A stretch of DNA of 64,000 bases from Camelus ferus (taxonomy: Eukaryota): contig NC_045716.1 in assembly GCF_009834535.1 (NCBI RefSeq), positions 6,572,001 to 6,636,000 of the forward strand. The letters are read 5' to 3'. Position 1 is the stretch's first letter. Each line of letters starts with the position of its first letter. The position numbers and the translations under genes are program-made. This document shows positions 13,349 through 26,653 of the stretch, one piece after another. The notes beneath the pieces were generated by a model. It did no database searches, was not told the DNA's origin, and saw only the letters and a program-made list of their open reading frames with translations.

Positions 13349-13375
13349 AAAAAAAAAAAAAAAAAAAAAAAAAAA
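13349..13375 (+). repeat. A27 homopolymer
   Basis: Direct reading. Confidence 0.95.
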
Positions 13376-14789
13376 GTATGAAAACCAATGGTGTAAATCA
13401 AAATTCAAAGGTATGAAATAGAGTTTAAAAAATAAAATAATATTTTAACAATACTTCGCTAGATATGCCAGAATTTAAACATCCAGAAAGAGTATTTATT
13501 TAGCTCATCAAAAGAAGTCCCTTTGGTAAACTGCTTTATTCCAGGGATGTGGCAATGACCCAAAATATTTTTGGAAGTGCTTCCAAGACCTGAAGCACAT
13601 CCCTGTAAATATAATTAATAGCGGCAAATATTTTTCCTTTGAGGAAATATTTTACGTTTAAATAAAAGTCACTTAGAGCCAAATGACTCTAATGAATAAA
13701 AAAGGAAACAGCGAAGATGAACAGGGTGTGTCTGGGAAAACCCTGGGCCATAAAGTCCTCAAGAATGGTGAGCATGTCATTCTTTTATTTTATACCTGTA
13801 GGCTCTACCATATTGCTTGACATATGATAAATGACCGGTAGGTGTTGGATGAAACAGTGAACAAATGAACGAACGAGTGGAAGATATTTTGGTATGAGGC
13901 CCAAAGGAGATATTTTTCAAAGGACACCCACGATATTCTAATTAGCGGAGTATCACTAGAAGCTATCTGAGGGCCAACTCTCATTGGGTAACACAGGTCC
14001 TGATGGACGTACTCCATTCGCATCCACGCACGCTCGCTCACACACACACACACCCTCATCACCTTTTCTATCCATATGCAAATAGTCCTACCTTCTCTAT
14101 CCATATGCAAATAGGTATGTACAAGACACCCCTATAGGTATGGAAAGAGAGTTAAATCTTCTTAGTCACAGGTAGCTGTTCAGGAGAAAGGGGAAAATGA
14201 AGGTTTATTAAAATCAAAAGGTAGACAGGAGGAGATTTGACACACTAAATGGTCAGACGCTAGATTCTACCTGTAAATTAAGAATATATTTTATCCCTGT
14301 TGCCTGATACCAGGTAAATGATTATTTCTCATCTTCTTTGTGATCCTGTCCTGGGGTATCCTGGTGAGGTGGAGTCTGGGACATGGCACAGTGTCCTCAG
14401 TCTGGGCCTGGGTTCTCAGAAACATAGTAGGGGAAAGGACCCTGTCATCTATTCTCTTTGAATTGTGGACGACAAAACCAATGCCAAGGGAAATATCCTG
14501 TTTGTGGAAGGAAGCAGGACGAAATTATATGATAAGAGCTTGAGGGCGTCGAGTAGAAAAGTTGCTTCCCACAAATTACCTTAAAAATGTTATTGGAGAA
14601 AACAAAAAACCCTCTTATGTGTCTTCTATTGAAAAATAATGGCACATAAAGAACATGAGTGTTAGTCCTTTCTCCATGGCACAAACAATAAGATACACAG
14701 CTAAACCATCTCACAAGCATCATCGGTATCTTCTTCACAGGTCAGCCTCTGTCTAGCCTGAACACCAGCACTTCTGTTGCAACAGCAGC

Positions 14790-14965
14790 ATGTACAAGTC
14801 CAGGGTCATGGGCTCAGAAGAATGGGATCTGGGTTCCAGTTGCAACTTTCACCAGTAACCAGGTCTGTGACCTTGAACAAGTCATCCCCCTGAGCTTCAG
14901 TTGCCTCCTGTATAAAGTGGAGTGACTGGAGCGGATAACATCTGGGTCTCCCTTCCAGCACTCAG
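14790..14965 (+). mobile_element. MIR (MIR3/MIRc-like) fragment
   Basis: ctgtgaccttgaacaagtcatcccccctgagcttcagttgcctcctgtataaagtgg-like core. Confidence 0.7.
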
Positions 14966-17444
14966 CAGGCTCATATTTTTTAAAAAAACAGTTTCGCCAT
15001 GTGAAGGGAAAGACACACATAGAGCAATACATTCTCTAAATGCCTCAACAGTGCCTGCTGAAAACCCCTCGCCTTTGTTGAGGGCACGTGCTGGACACCA
15101 CGAGGTTCTCCCTGTTAAATTCTACCTGATGGCTGCTTTAGTGGCGTGGCGCTAGTTCAAGAAAACACACGCTTTCATTTCCTTCCTCAAGCAAGGAGAG
15201 ACTGATAAATAAAGATTTTGTTAAATTGCCCAACAAAGGGGAAATGAAAAATTTCATGCAATTATATGGTTCCTGAAGGTTCTTCTAATTGAATTACTAT
15301 AGGCACCTGTTGGGCATTCCTGGCCACATCCCCAATAATTCCATTAGTATTACCTCTCTGGATCCTATAAACACCATTAACATAAGGCAGATATTTGCTT
15401 TCAATAAGATAACACAGATGATTTTGCCTAATTGTCTCTCTAATCCCTCCCCCTCACAGCCTGGGAAATTGCTCAAATCCAGGCATTTATTACTGCTGAT
15501 CAAAACTAGCTTTGGAAAATTGACAGCATAATGGAGGAGGCTTGGCTCCTTCCCTTCACCCATCACGTGCTCCTGCCTTCTGACCATGCTTTTGTCTTCC
15601 AGGGTGAAAAGAACCATTTGGACTGAGATCCTCCATGTCAAAATCTATAGGGAGGAAGGAGCGAGGTGGACAGAGCCTGCCCCAGTCCTCACTGCACTCC
15701 CTCCGGACACAAATGGTCTCATGAGCAGTTTATGCTTCACTGTCTAGGTGGGTTTCTTCCTCCCAGGCTCTGCTACCCCATGTGGGCAGTGGTTTGCTGT
15801 TGCTGGCTTCTACCATCCCATCAAATCTTTACTGTTCTTGGGCTATTCAGTCTTGGATATCCCTAAATCGAACTGGTTTTTAAGTTATTCAAGGTCTTTG
15901 CTTGTTTACCTTACGTTTTTGATTACCTGATTGCTAATTCATTTCTGAACATTGGCTCAGCAGGGTAAAACCTGATCTATTTTTCCCTTGGTCATCACTT
16001 CAACAATATATCTGCAGGAAGGCTTGGGTAAAATAAGTTTTAAGTGTTTTGGGAATTGCATTTAGTCATGTTCTGACCCACCACTATAACTAATCAAAGG
16101 TGAACATAAGGTCTGGCCACTGGTTAGTGGTAGTAATAAAAGTTGAAACTCAGTTGTACCAGGGATGAGCAATGTGCTTAATAAGAATAGAGCTTGGATT
16201 GGCTCATTTCCTCTCCACAAACCAACATATGTGCACAGACCCAGGCAGTGTCATAAGAGAAAGAAAAAAAATGTCAGACCGAGTTTGGGACCAGACGGCT
16301 TTCACAGTGGGTCTCTCTAATCTCACCTGCATTTCTGCAAATCACTTTCCTCCTAGACTAATCCTTTGATAATTACCAGGCCCATCCATCCACAGCTGAG
16401 GTGGGCATGCACCCGGACACTGAGAGGCATGGTGACATGTGCTGCGGGCTGTCCATTAAAGAAGCCACGTCTCTTGTCTCAGCTGCAAAAGGTTTACCCT
16501 TTCCACATTAAAGGAGGTTCTTAACTTTGCAAGACTGGTGAGGAATCTCCATCCAAGATGAGAAATAATGAGAGGAAATGAGGTTCACTGGAGTCCCCTA
16601 TTATCTCTGCTCATAGTAGAGCAATTATTGGAATAATTGCTCCACTGTGAACATGAATCCCACACTTAAAGTTGTTTGCCCGTTATTTTCATTATTCCAA
16701 CTGATCGATGCCACTTTTAAACCTATTTGAAAGAAATATGGTCTTTCATTATAATCTTTTATTTTTTAATGTAAGATTAAACCATGATACGCATTAAAGA
16801 CAATCTAAGAAGAACAACTTATAGTTAACGTCACGTAGAAAACAGCCCTGATCTTTGGAAAGGGTTAGTCACTGTAAATTTTTAGCTTCAAAATGCGCAG
16901 CTAGAGAACTGCAAAATTTTGGTGTTTACAGTCACGGTTTCTTCTGTACACATTAGAGGCGAATGATACATGAATCAAATGAACCAGATTTGCAAAGGGA
17001 CAGCAAGCCATTAAGCCTCTGTCCCCAAGGGCTACTGTAGTTTGTTCCCATCCTCTCCTCATAGTCTCCAGAGTTTTCGCTAGTTTGAAATGTCTTAAAC
17101 AATGCATTCCCCAAAGGGAAAGGTCTGGGTAACTGAGCCTGCCATCAGAAAGCCTTCCTGAAGACACAAACCCTGGATGCTCTTTCAAATTTAGCCCCAG
17201 AAATGCTCTAGGTGCAAATGACTGCCTCTTCAATCAGGACACGAGTTAAGATATGGCTTTTTGGGGGATAAGATCCTTGATTAGCAAACTAGTGCTCTGT
17301 GGCTAAAAAGCCAATGGAGGCATACATTCCGGGAGGGTGATGCTCCCTGGACAGACACTGACACAGCCAGGGTCCTCTGAAGTACGAAGATGAATACTTC
17401 TCTTAAGTGTTGAGGGAAGTACTTCTGCTCATCAGTTTGGGATA

Positions 17445-17640
17445 ACAGAATGATATGTGCTAACAGTTACGGGCCAGGCAACTGTGCTAAGCTCTGAATT
17501 ATCTCATTTACTCCTCACCGTAGCCCTATGAGGAAGGTACAGCTACGTTTTCCATATGAGGATGCTTAGATGTGTTAAGTGACTGACTCATGACCACATA
17601 ACTAGTAGAGCCCAGAACTGAAACCCAAACTGTCTGACCC
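17445..17640 (-). mobile_element. MIR SINE
   Basis: atctcatttactcctcaccgtagccctatgaggaagg...gaactgaaacccaaactgtctgac. Confidence 0.8.
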
Positions 17641-18874
17641 TTCTCCTAACCACACCCTGTGTGTATCTCTTTGCCTGGGTCCAAGGAGGCAGACTGGTAC
17701 CCATCGTTCACTTCTGACCCCATGAAACTGCAGTCCATTAATGAGGAAGGAACCATGAGATGGGTCCAGTTTGCCTTCAGCTGCTTCAAAGGGGATTCAC
17801 ATGCTTTCCTTGACTGACTCCCACTGGGGAAAGAAAGAGAGGAGAGAACGAGAGCCTGCCAACCCCGGCAGATGGTGTGTAGGCTGTTGTAGAGATGGGG
17901 ACAGAGAGATTTTTTTGCTGGCTGACAAAGAACAAGGGAAAGAGATTGGAGAGAAGTGTGACATAAGCAGAAAGAGCTAAACTTGCAATCTATGTGGAAG
18001 AGAAGAAGATTGAGGGATAGGGACGGATCTAGGAGACAGATGGGTAAATAGACTTGAAAGAACATTTTTTAAATGCCACGTAACTCCAGTCTAGTGGAGA
18101 AAAGTCAGTGAGAACATGCAATCAGAAACAAGAGAAGCAAGCTCCTCTCTGTAGGGTTTCTACAGCTGCCCAGTGGAAAGATTCAGAAGACCTGCTCCCC
18201 CTCCAGGCAGTTGAGGATCCAAATCCATGTCCAGAGGAAACCTGCCCTAGTCATCCTAGTTTGGAGTTAGCCACAGGGAGGAGCAGAAATCAGGACCATT
18301 ATGAGGAGGCTTAGCATGGTATCAGTTCCCACCCACTGTCAACAGCGTTCCAGAAAAGGGACAATACGATGAAACGGAGTTTCTGTTCAGCTGAACCTTA
18401 TGGATGCACCACCTGTTACCAAGCTCCAAGGGCGCTCCCACATTTTGGCTGACTGACTACTGATGCTGTGATCAGTGTCCCACATACTTGCCTTTCCTTT
18501 TCCCTCCCAAGCCTAGCTTAAATTATTTATGCACATGACTTAACATTAAGATGGTTTATTCATGAGGTTGCCTTAGGAGACAGGAGATAGACAACCTGCT
18601 TTGGTGAGGGTCTCTCTGGAGAGAAGCAACTGTACAGTATGTTACTCCATCAAGTTCTGTGAGGACAAAACAGAGGAAAAAATCTCAATGTGGAGGCCTC
18701 TGTTTAAAATAATGATCAATGTTGCATAGGCCCCAAGTTGAGAAGCATTTATATTGATATAGCTACTTGAAGGAAAAAAACCAAAAGATTCCTCAGCACC
18801 AGACAGGGTAGGTCTGTGTTAAGGAGGACAGATCAGTACCTCTGACTGGTTGGATCTGTAACAAGCCTGATGGC

Positions 18875-18941
18875 AATTTACCATCGTGAAGGTAATTTAC
18901 CATCCTGAAGATAAATTACCATCCTGAAGGTAATTTACCAT
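18875..18941. repeat. 19-bp tandem repeat, 3.5 copies (AATTTACCATCCTGAAGGT)
   Basis: Copies at 18875, 18894, 18913 and 18932 (partial), each full copy with one mismatch to the consensus. Confidence 0.95.
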
Positions 18942-19849
18942 TGTTGGCCTTGGTTCTTCTCTGGAAGTGATCAGGGGCAACCAAAGGAATCATTCTGCCA
19001 TCTCTCTACACCAGTCACTGTGGACAGGGGCTTGGCCAGGGGTGGGGCTGTCCTGACCCCTACTCTGGGCGGTTTGCTTACTGAAGAACTTGATTACCAA
19101 CTGGACCTTGTTGACAAACAGGTCTCACCTGTCAGATAGCTTCATGGCAGAAAATCTTGCTGACTACATTGTAAGAATTTCTTCCCCCAGCGATCTTTTT
19201 TCAGCTTCCTTAATAGCAGGCTTTGGTCATTTGTTCGGATTTTTGGAATCAACTCTAACCAGAACTACTGCTTTTAATTAAGGTCACATAATCTATAATT
19301 GTAATTCTCAAACTGCATTAAGACTTTTTAAAGTGTTTTGTCACATTTAGGACTACATTAGAGACATCAGTTGTGCTTCCTCCCTGATTTTACACCCTAG
19401 CTTTTTCACCTCTCCAAGAATTCTCTTAAACTACACATTTCCCTACAATTAAATCGTGCTTTGCCATGAGTTAGCTTAATTGAAAACATCAAGCTAATAA
19501 AACTTAGAAAAGATGAATGTTTCTTAAAGGTACAGGTGGAAGAGGCGAGTTTTATTGTAAACCTGTACACTGCAGTTACTGCTCTTAAAAAAAAGATAAA
19601 AAGATTCTCTGGAAACATAAGTGTGGGTTTATTTTCTATAAACAATTTCTAAGTTCTTAACCTACGCACAGTACTGAGTAGGGAGCTCTGTGAACTAGCA
19701 CAAATGTAGAGTATAATGCATGCTCTAAGCAATCAAGGAGACAACCAGGGGATAAAACACGCACATCTTGGAAGTTTAAGAGGTAATATAAGAGTTAAAT
19801 GGGTATCAAAGAGTTATTAGACAACATGCTTTACTTTCGCACTGAGGCG

Positions 19850-20190
19850 ATCATCTTCCAGATATCCACATGGCTCACGTCCCCACCTTCTTGCAGTCTT
19901 TGCTCAAATGCTACCTCTTGAGTTCTACCCTGACTATCCCATTTAATCTTGCAACTCTCCTTTAGTGCTCCAAGCTCCCCTGCTGTGTTTTTTCCCATAA
20001 TGCTTACTACCTTCCAACAAAAAACACAATTCACTGATTTATTAGGATTTTTGTTTTTTTCTGTCTCTTCCACAAAAATATAAGCTTCATAAGGGCAGGG
20101 ATTTTAATTTTTGTCTACTCTGTCCACTGCTGTATCTCTAGCTCCTGGAAAGTGGCTGGCACCTTGGGGGAACTCAATAATATTTGCAAT
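19850..20190 (+). mobile_element. L2 3' end
   Basis: tctttgctcaaatgctacctctt...aatataagcttcataagggcagggatt...gaactcaataatatttg. Confidence 0.85.
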
Positions 20191-20304
20191 TCTTATTATA
20201 TGAGATTGGAATTGAGTTAGAACAAATATGAAACTCAGTGGGTTACAGTACCTGCTGTAAGGAATGCACAGAATGACACTAACAACAAAGAAACAATGAC
20301 AACA

Positions 20305-20530
20305 ACAATGATACTTACTTATCGAGCACTTATTTAGGGCCTGTTACTGTGCTAGACTTTGTCCTTTCACTGTTTCATTTAATTTCCACAATAATCCTTT
20401 TAGACAGATATTAATCCCATTATACTGATAAGAAAACAAAGGCTCAGAAAATTAAAATCATTGGCCCCAGACAACATGGCAAGAAAGGTTGTTGGGCTGG
20501 AATTTCAGCTCCAGACTCTTTCACCCCAGA
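20305..20530 (-). mobile_element. MIR SINE
   Basis: ttatcgagcactta...ctgataagaaaacaaaggctcagaaaattaa. Confidence 0.75.
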
Positions 20531-21125
20531 ATCCTTGATTATTTTTTATGGTTTTAATTAGAGAACTTTCCCAAACATATATAAAAGTAGAAAGAATCAT
20601 GTTATGAACCCCTCTGTACACACTGCTCAGCTTCAACCCGCAATGATAAATTGACAGCCAACCTAGTCCCCAGAGTTCATGATTGTAATAACCACTCACT
20701 ATATGAAGAAATAAGTGGAATAGAAATTTTACTCCTTACGAGCAGAAGAGCAGGTGGCTACACATGGGAGTGGTCAGGAAAGCCTCTATGAGGTCAACTT
20801 TGGTTAAACTCCCCTCCTTTCCTTTCCCTCCTCCTCCTCACCAGCTGATGACCAAGGTTTACACGAAGCCCCAGGGGATGGACTGCTCTGTATTCCAGAC
20901 CCTGTGCTCGAGATTCATCAGGCTTGATCCAATTTTTGTGTGTGTGCTTACTTTGGGAAGAAAGAACTTTCCACTAAACCTCATTACAGTCACAGGGTTC
21001 AGAGTCCAGAGGAACAAGTTCTGAAAGGGAGACCTTTGACATAGTCATTGACTAAGATCAGATATCTGTTTGAACTCCTGGGGCTGGTGGGTTAGCCTGA
21101 ATGCACCATAAGCATTTTGTGTTAA

Positions 21126-21530
21126 GAGGTGAAGTCATCCAGAAAGAGAAAGAAAAATACCACATGATATTACTTATATGTGGAATCTATTAAAAGAAAA
21201 GGACACAAATTAACTTATTTACAAAACAGAGACAGTCTCAGACACAGAAAACAAACCTGTGTTACCAGGGGGGAAAGGGGGTGAGGAGGGATAAATCGGG
21301 AGTTCAGGATCTGCAGAAACAAAGTACTATATATAAAACAGATAAACAACAAGGTCCTACCATATAGCACAGGGAACTATATTCAATAACTTGTAAAGCC
21401 TATAATGAAAAAGAATATGAAAAGGATATGTATATATGTATAACCGAATCACTATGCTGTACATCAGAAATTAACACAACATTGTAAATCAACTATACTT
21501 CAATAAAAATTTTTTTTAATTAAAAATTAA
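21126..21530 (+). mobile_element. Artiodactyl/camelid-type L1 3' end
   Basis: ccagaaagagaaagaaaaataccacatgatattacttatatgtggaatct...tatagcacagggaactatattcaataacttgt...ttcaataaaaa. Confidence 0.92.
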
Positions 21531-21579
21531 GGACACTACTTTCAAGAGAGCAGCATCAGGCTAAAAAAAAAAAGTGATG

Positions 21580-23332
21580 ATATCCCATGCTCTTGGATTG
21601 GAAGAATCAATATTGTTAAAATAGCCATACTACCCAAGGCAATCTACAGATTTAATGTGATCCCTATCAAATTAACTATAACATTTCACAGAGCTAGAAC
21701 AAATAATCCTAAAATTTATATGGAATCACAAAAGACCCAGGATTACCAAAGCAATACTGAAGAAAAAGAACAAACCTGGAGGAATAACCCTCCCAGACTT
21801 CAGACAATACTACAGAGCTATGGTAATCAAAACAGCATGGTATTGGCATAAAAACAGACATATGGATCAATGGAACAGAATAGAGGGCCCGGAAATAAAA
21901 CAGGCCTATGATCAATTAATCTTTCACAAAGGAGGCAAGAATATACAATGGAGAAAAGACAGTCTCTTCAGCAAGTGGTATTGGGGAAAACTGGACAGCT
22001 GTATGTAAATCAATGAAGTTAGAACACTCCCTCACACAATAATAAACTCAAAATGGCTTAAAGACTTAAATATAGGACAAAACACTATAAACCTCCTAGA
22101 AGAAAACACAGGCAAAACATTCTTTGACATAACTCTTTAACAGTATTCTTCTAAGGCAGTCTAACTAGGCAATAGAAGTAAAAGCAAAAATAAACAAATG
22201 GGACCTAATTAAACTTATAAGCTTTTGCACAGTAAAGGAAACCACAAACAAAACAAAAAGACAACTTATGGAATGGGAGAAAATATTTGCAAATGATGTG
22301 ACTGACAAAGGTTTAATTTCCAGAATATATAAATAGCTCATACAATTTAAGAAAAAAACCAAAAAAACAAAAAAACAACCCAATCCAAAAATAGGCAGAA
22401 GACCNNNNNNNNNNNNNNNNNNNNNNNNNNNNNNNNNNNNNNNNNNNNNNNNNNNNNNNNNNNNNNNNNNNNNNNNNNNNNNNNNNNNNNNNNNNNNNNN
22501 NNNNNNNNNNNNNNNNNNNNNNNNNNNNNNNNNNNNNNNNNNNNNNNNNNNNNNNNNNNNNNNNNNNNNNNNNNNNNNNNNNNNNNNNNNNNNNNNNNNN
22601 NNNNNNNNNNNNNNNNNNNNNNNNNNNNNNNNNNNNNNNNNNNNNNNNNNNNNNNNNNNNNNNNNNNNNNNNNNNNNNNTTACCGTATGACCCAGTAATC
22701 CCACTCCTGGGCATATATCCAGAAGGAATCCTATTTCAAAAAGACANNNNNNNNNNNNNNNNNNNNNNNNNNNNNNNNNNNNNNNNNNNNNNNNNNNNNN
22801 NNNNNNNNNNNNNNNNNNNNNNNNNNNNNNNNNNNNNNNNNNNNNNNNNNNNNNNNNNNNNNNNNNNNNNNNNNNNNNNNNNNNNNNNNNNNNNNNNATT
22901 TGCAGCAACATGGATGTCCCTGGAGAATGTCACTCTAAGTGAAGTAAGCCAGAAAGAAAAAGAAAAATACCATATGAGATCGCTCATATGTGGAATCTAA
23001 AAAAAAAAAAAAAAGATACAAAACAGAAACAGACTCATAGACTCATAGACATAGAATACAAACTTGTGGTTGCCAAGGGGGCGGGGGGTGGGAAGGGATA
23101 GACTGGGAGTTCAAAATTTGTAGATACTGACAGGTATATGCAGAATAAATAAACAAGATTATACTGTATAGCACAGGGAAATATATACAAGATCTTGTGG
23201 TAGCTCACAGTGAAAAAAATGTGACAATGAATATATGTATGTTCATGTATAACTGAAAAAGTGTGCTCTACACTAGAATTTGACACAACATTGTAAAATG
23301 ACTATAACTCAATTAAAAAATGTTAAAAAAAA
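21580..23332 (+). mobile_element. 5'-truncated L1: decayed ORF2 C-terminal region plus young-looking camelid-type 3'UTR and A tail (partly masked)
   Basis: Frameshifted ORF2 peptides (e.g. [21 protein letters not shown]...[22 protein letters not shown]); 3'UTR aagatcttgtggtagctcacagtgaaaaaaatgtgacaatg. Confidence 0.93.
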
Positions 23333-23717
23333 NNNNNNNNNNNNNNNNNNNNNNNNNNNNNNNNNNNNNNNNNNNNNNNNNNNNNNNNNNNNNNNNNNNN
23401 NNNNNNNNNNNNNNNNNNNNNNNNNNNNNNNNNNNNNNNNNNNNNNNNNNNNNNNNNNNNNNNNNNNNNCTAGCAATCCAACTCCTGGGCATGTATCTGG
23501 AGGGAATGCTAATTCAAAAAGATATATATACCCCAATGTTCATAGCAACANNNNNNNNNNNNNNNNNNNNNNNNNNNNNNNNNNNNNNNNNNNNNNNNNN
23601 NNNNNNNNNNNNNNNNNNNNNNNNNNNNNNNNNNNNNNNNNNNNNNNNNNNNNNNNNNNNNNNNNNNNNNNNNNNNNNNNNNNNNNNNNNNNNNNNNNNN
23701 NNNNNNNNNNNNNNNNN
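22405..23717. other. Four N runs inside the L1s (22405-22679, 22747-22897, 23333-23469, 23551-23717)
   Basis: Lengths 275, 151, 137 and 167 nt by direct count. Confidence 0.98.
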
Positions 23718-24124
23718 GCGAAGTAAGTCAGAAAGAGAAAGAAAAATCCCATATGATATTACTCATATGTGGAATCTAAAAAAAGAAAAAAAAGAGGACA
23801 CTAATGAACTCATCTACAAAATAGAAACAGACTCGCAGACATAGTAAACAATCTTAAGGTTACTGGGGGAAAGGAAGTGGGAAGGGATAAATTTGGGAGT
23901 TTGAGATTTGCAAATGTTAGCCACTATATTAAAAATAGATTAGAAAGCAAATTTCTTCTGTATAGCACAGGGAAATATATTCAGTATCTTGTAATAACCT
24001 TTAATGAAAAAGAATATGAAAATGAATATATGTATGTATATGCATGACTGGACATTGTGCTGCACACCAGAAATTGACACATTGTAACTGACTATATTTC
24101 AATAACAATAATAATAAATAGAAG
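23333..24124 (+). mobile_element. Second L1 3' end (ORF2 tail plus a different 3'UTR type) in tandem with the previous L1
   Basis: ctagcaatccaactcctgggc (23470) repeats the ORF2 segment at ~22690; own 3'UTR and A-rich tail ending ~24124. Confidence 0.9.
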
Positions 24125-25514
24125 AAAAAAAGAGATGGGCACAAAGTACCACAACAGGCAACAGTTGACTTAAGAGAGGCACAGAACTTGGGTATGAAAG
24201 GGGATGCTGGGAAGCGTTACTCCCCAGAGATCCTGATATGATTCTGAGCAGCTCTTTCTAAGCTCCCACAGGTGTTGCTCCTGTCTTCTCTCCTCCTACA
24301 CCTTTCCCAAGTGGCTGACAGGAAGAATCAACGATTTGGGTCAGACAGATCTGACTTGAGTTCAGACTCTGCCTCTCCCACTTCTGTGACCTCAGACTAA
24401 TAACAAATTTGTCTCAGTCTCTGCTTCCTGATCTTAAAAGGAGCAGCTTGTATAGTTTACGTTTGTAGGGTGTCCAAAGTGATGCCTGGAACACATTAAT
24501 TCTTTGGGAATCAGGGTTGGAAAATGCTCCCTTATTTGTCACATGACACATCTGTAGCATTCATTAATGAAGAAGACACAGAAATTCCGCGGTGAAATAT
24601 GCCTATAAGTGATACTATTCATATTTTTACAGAGGAGGAAATTAAAGTGACCAGGAATCCTAGCTGGATTTTAAGTCCCAGTGACCCACATCCTACATGC
24701 ATTTCAGAAGACACGTAGGACCTTGGAGTCAGTTCGTTCTCACTCCTCAATTCCTTCTCGCTCCCCGGGGTCATAACTTTGGCTTCCCCTTACGCCCGAA
24801 TTAACACCTTTGAAGGTACCGATCAGAAAAGGTCTCCGACTGCACCATGTCAACCCCAGGCCTCCATAGTGTGAGAACAAGAAGCTGAACACCTTCACTG
24901 TAAGCACCGTATGTATGTCTGTATACACAATATATATTATACACATACATATATATACAAACTTATTCCTTATAACAATTCATGAGTCTCTCCTCTCCTC
25001 TTTCTCTATTCAGATGATAAAACTGAGGACCAAGGAGGTGAAGTAACTTGCCAAAAGCCATCACTGGAACTGTGTCATCCAGCCCAGCTTGGTCCTTTAG
25101 GGATTCTGCCCATGCTTAGGAACAATGGGGGAGCTGAGAGTGGGGTGGGGGGTAAGGGCCAGGCTACTGAATTCCATAGTATGGTGTCAGCGGGATGGTC
25201 AGATCTTCAACTCAGTTTGGGATTTGGTAGGCACGGAATTCTGCACCTAATTGCTCTCCATGAATCATCATTGTCAGGTTGTTTTGCTAAGCACATTTTG
25301 TGTTTAAGTACAGCAAAATCTTTCAGAGGTACAGGTGGTCATTATAATAAATCCTCTGATGAATAAGGGGCAGTGATCACAGGCCCTCATGAATAGAGGG
25401 GAATCCTTAGGCACTGAGCTAGCGTGGCTCCTAACAGGTTATGTCTGCTGGAGCTGTCCCTCCTCCCAGGCAAAAATTTCCAGAGCCTCACTATTGGACG
25501 AGAGGCTGTCTGGC

Positions 25515-25757
25515 AGAACGGTTCACAGGATAGGCTCTGGAGGCTGACTGCCTGGGTTCAAATCCCACTCCACCACTTCCCAACTCTGTGATTTTGAACA
25601 AATTATTAGTCTCTCTGTATGTCAGTTTCAGCCTCAGTGCATGGGGATAGTAAAAGTGACTCATCGCTTGTTCTGAGATGTAAATGAGTTGGTACATATT
25701 AAAAATGGAGAATCATGCCTGAGAAATAGTAAATGTTTAACATTTAATGGCTATTAT
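25515..25757 (+). mobile_element. MIR SINE, near full length
   Basis: ggctctggaggctgactgcctgggttcaaatccc...atggggatagtaaaagt...aaatgagtt. Confidence 0.88.
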
Positions 25758-26254
25758 AACATACACACCTCCAGACTATAAGATAACCTCCGCGGATAGT
25801 GATTCCCCCAACTCCACACTCACTGTGTTCATTCTGTCCTTGGCAGATGTATTTAGCAGTAGAGCTGAGCTGTAATATCACCCTTGTCTCCCAGGCGTTG
25901 CCCACTCCCCGATGGCAATGTTTTTTATAACAAATTCATCAAAAGTTAATAAGTTTTTAGCAATCAAATAAACTTAAACAAAAGTTTCGAGGTCAAGGCA
26001 TACTGGAAATATTTACTTACACAGAGTTAAAACATATTCTTTTATTGCAGGACTTTTCAGAACCCTTAAGAGGCTAAATGTATTGTGACCTACAATTGTG
26101 AATGAGGGGGTGGGTTTGAGAGGGAAGAGTGCCATGTTCCCCAAATTTCCAAGCCCAGAGCCTTTCCTTCTACATGACCCCAGTTAACTACTTAAGGGAC
26201 ATTAATGTTCTACCAAACTGAGCCAGGTAACATTTCCTTTGGATTGCCTTAAAA

Positions 26255-26422
26255 TGGTGTCTCTCAAAGTGTGGTGCGGTCTTTGTATTATTACCTGCTC
26301 ATTAAAATGCAGTTTTCTGAATTTCACACAAGACCTACAGGATCATACTCTGAAGGAAGGGCTGAAGATTCTGCATTTTAACAAGCTCCCCAGGCGCACA
26401 TTAAATTTTGAGAACTGCAGCC
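26255..26422. mobile_element. MER5-type hAT MITE
   Basis: tctcaaagtgtggt...tctgcattttaacaagctcccc-like segment...ttttgagaactgc. Confidence 0.7.
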
Positions 26423-26510
26423 TTGAAGAAAACACTTCCCTAATTTTGGAATTCTATACATTAGAAATCCTGAATACTAAATTTTCCTTAATAGGAAGGA
26501 AACTCATTGT

Positions 26511-26653
26511 GGGGGTGGGTACAGCTCAGTGCAGAGCACGTGCCTGGCATGCACAAGGTCCTAGGTTCAATCCTCAGCACCTCCATTCAAATAAATAAAC
26601 CTGATTACTTTCCCCTTCACACATACAAAAAAAAATAATAATAAATAAGTAAG
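26511..26653 (+). mobile_element. Vic-1-type camelid SINE (tRNA-Ala-derived)
   Basis: tacagctcagtgcagagcac (A box), gtcctaggttcaatcctcagcacctcc (B box), aataaacctgattac and A tail; degenerate TSD ATAGGAAGGAWACT..TGT (26491-26510, 26654-26670). Confidence 0.88.

Noticed and set aside
13349-13375. A27 tract as a retrocopy tail
   Set aside because: No SINE head, mRNA body or TSD; appears to be an expanded A run inside an old hAT-like MITE.
18792-18808. REST/RE1 site TCAGCACC-AGACAG (also TTCAGCAGC at ~32676 and TCAGCACC at ~37886)
   Set aside because: Wrong spacing or only one half-site; no canonical 21-bp RE1 seen in the window.
18875-18941. CRISPR-like array
   Set aside because: Head-to-tail repeats without spacers, in mammalian DNA.
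21580-22404. L1 ORF2 as a functional gene
   Set aside because: 5'-truncated, frameshifted into several short ORFs; lacks endonuclease and RT core.
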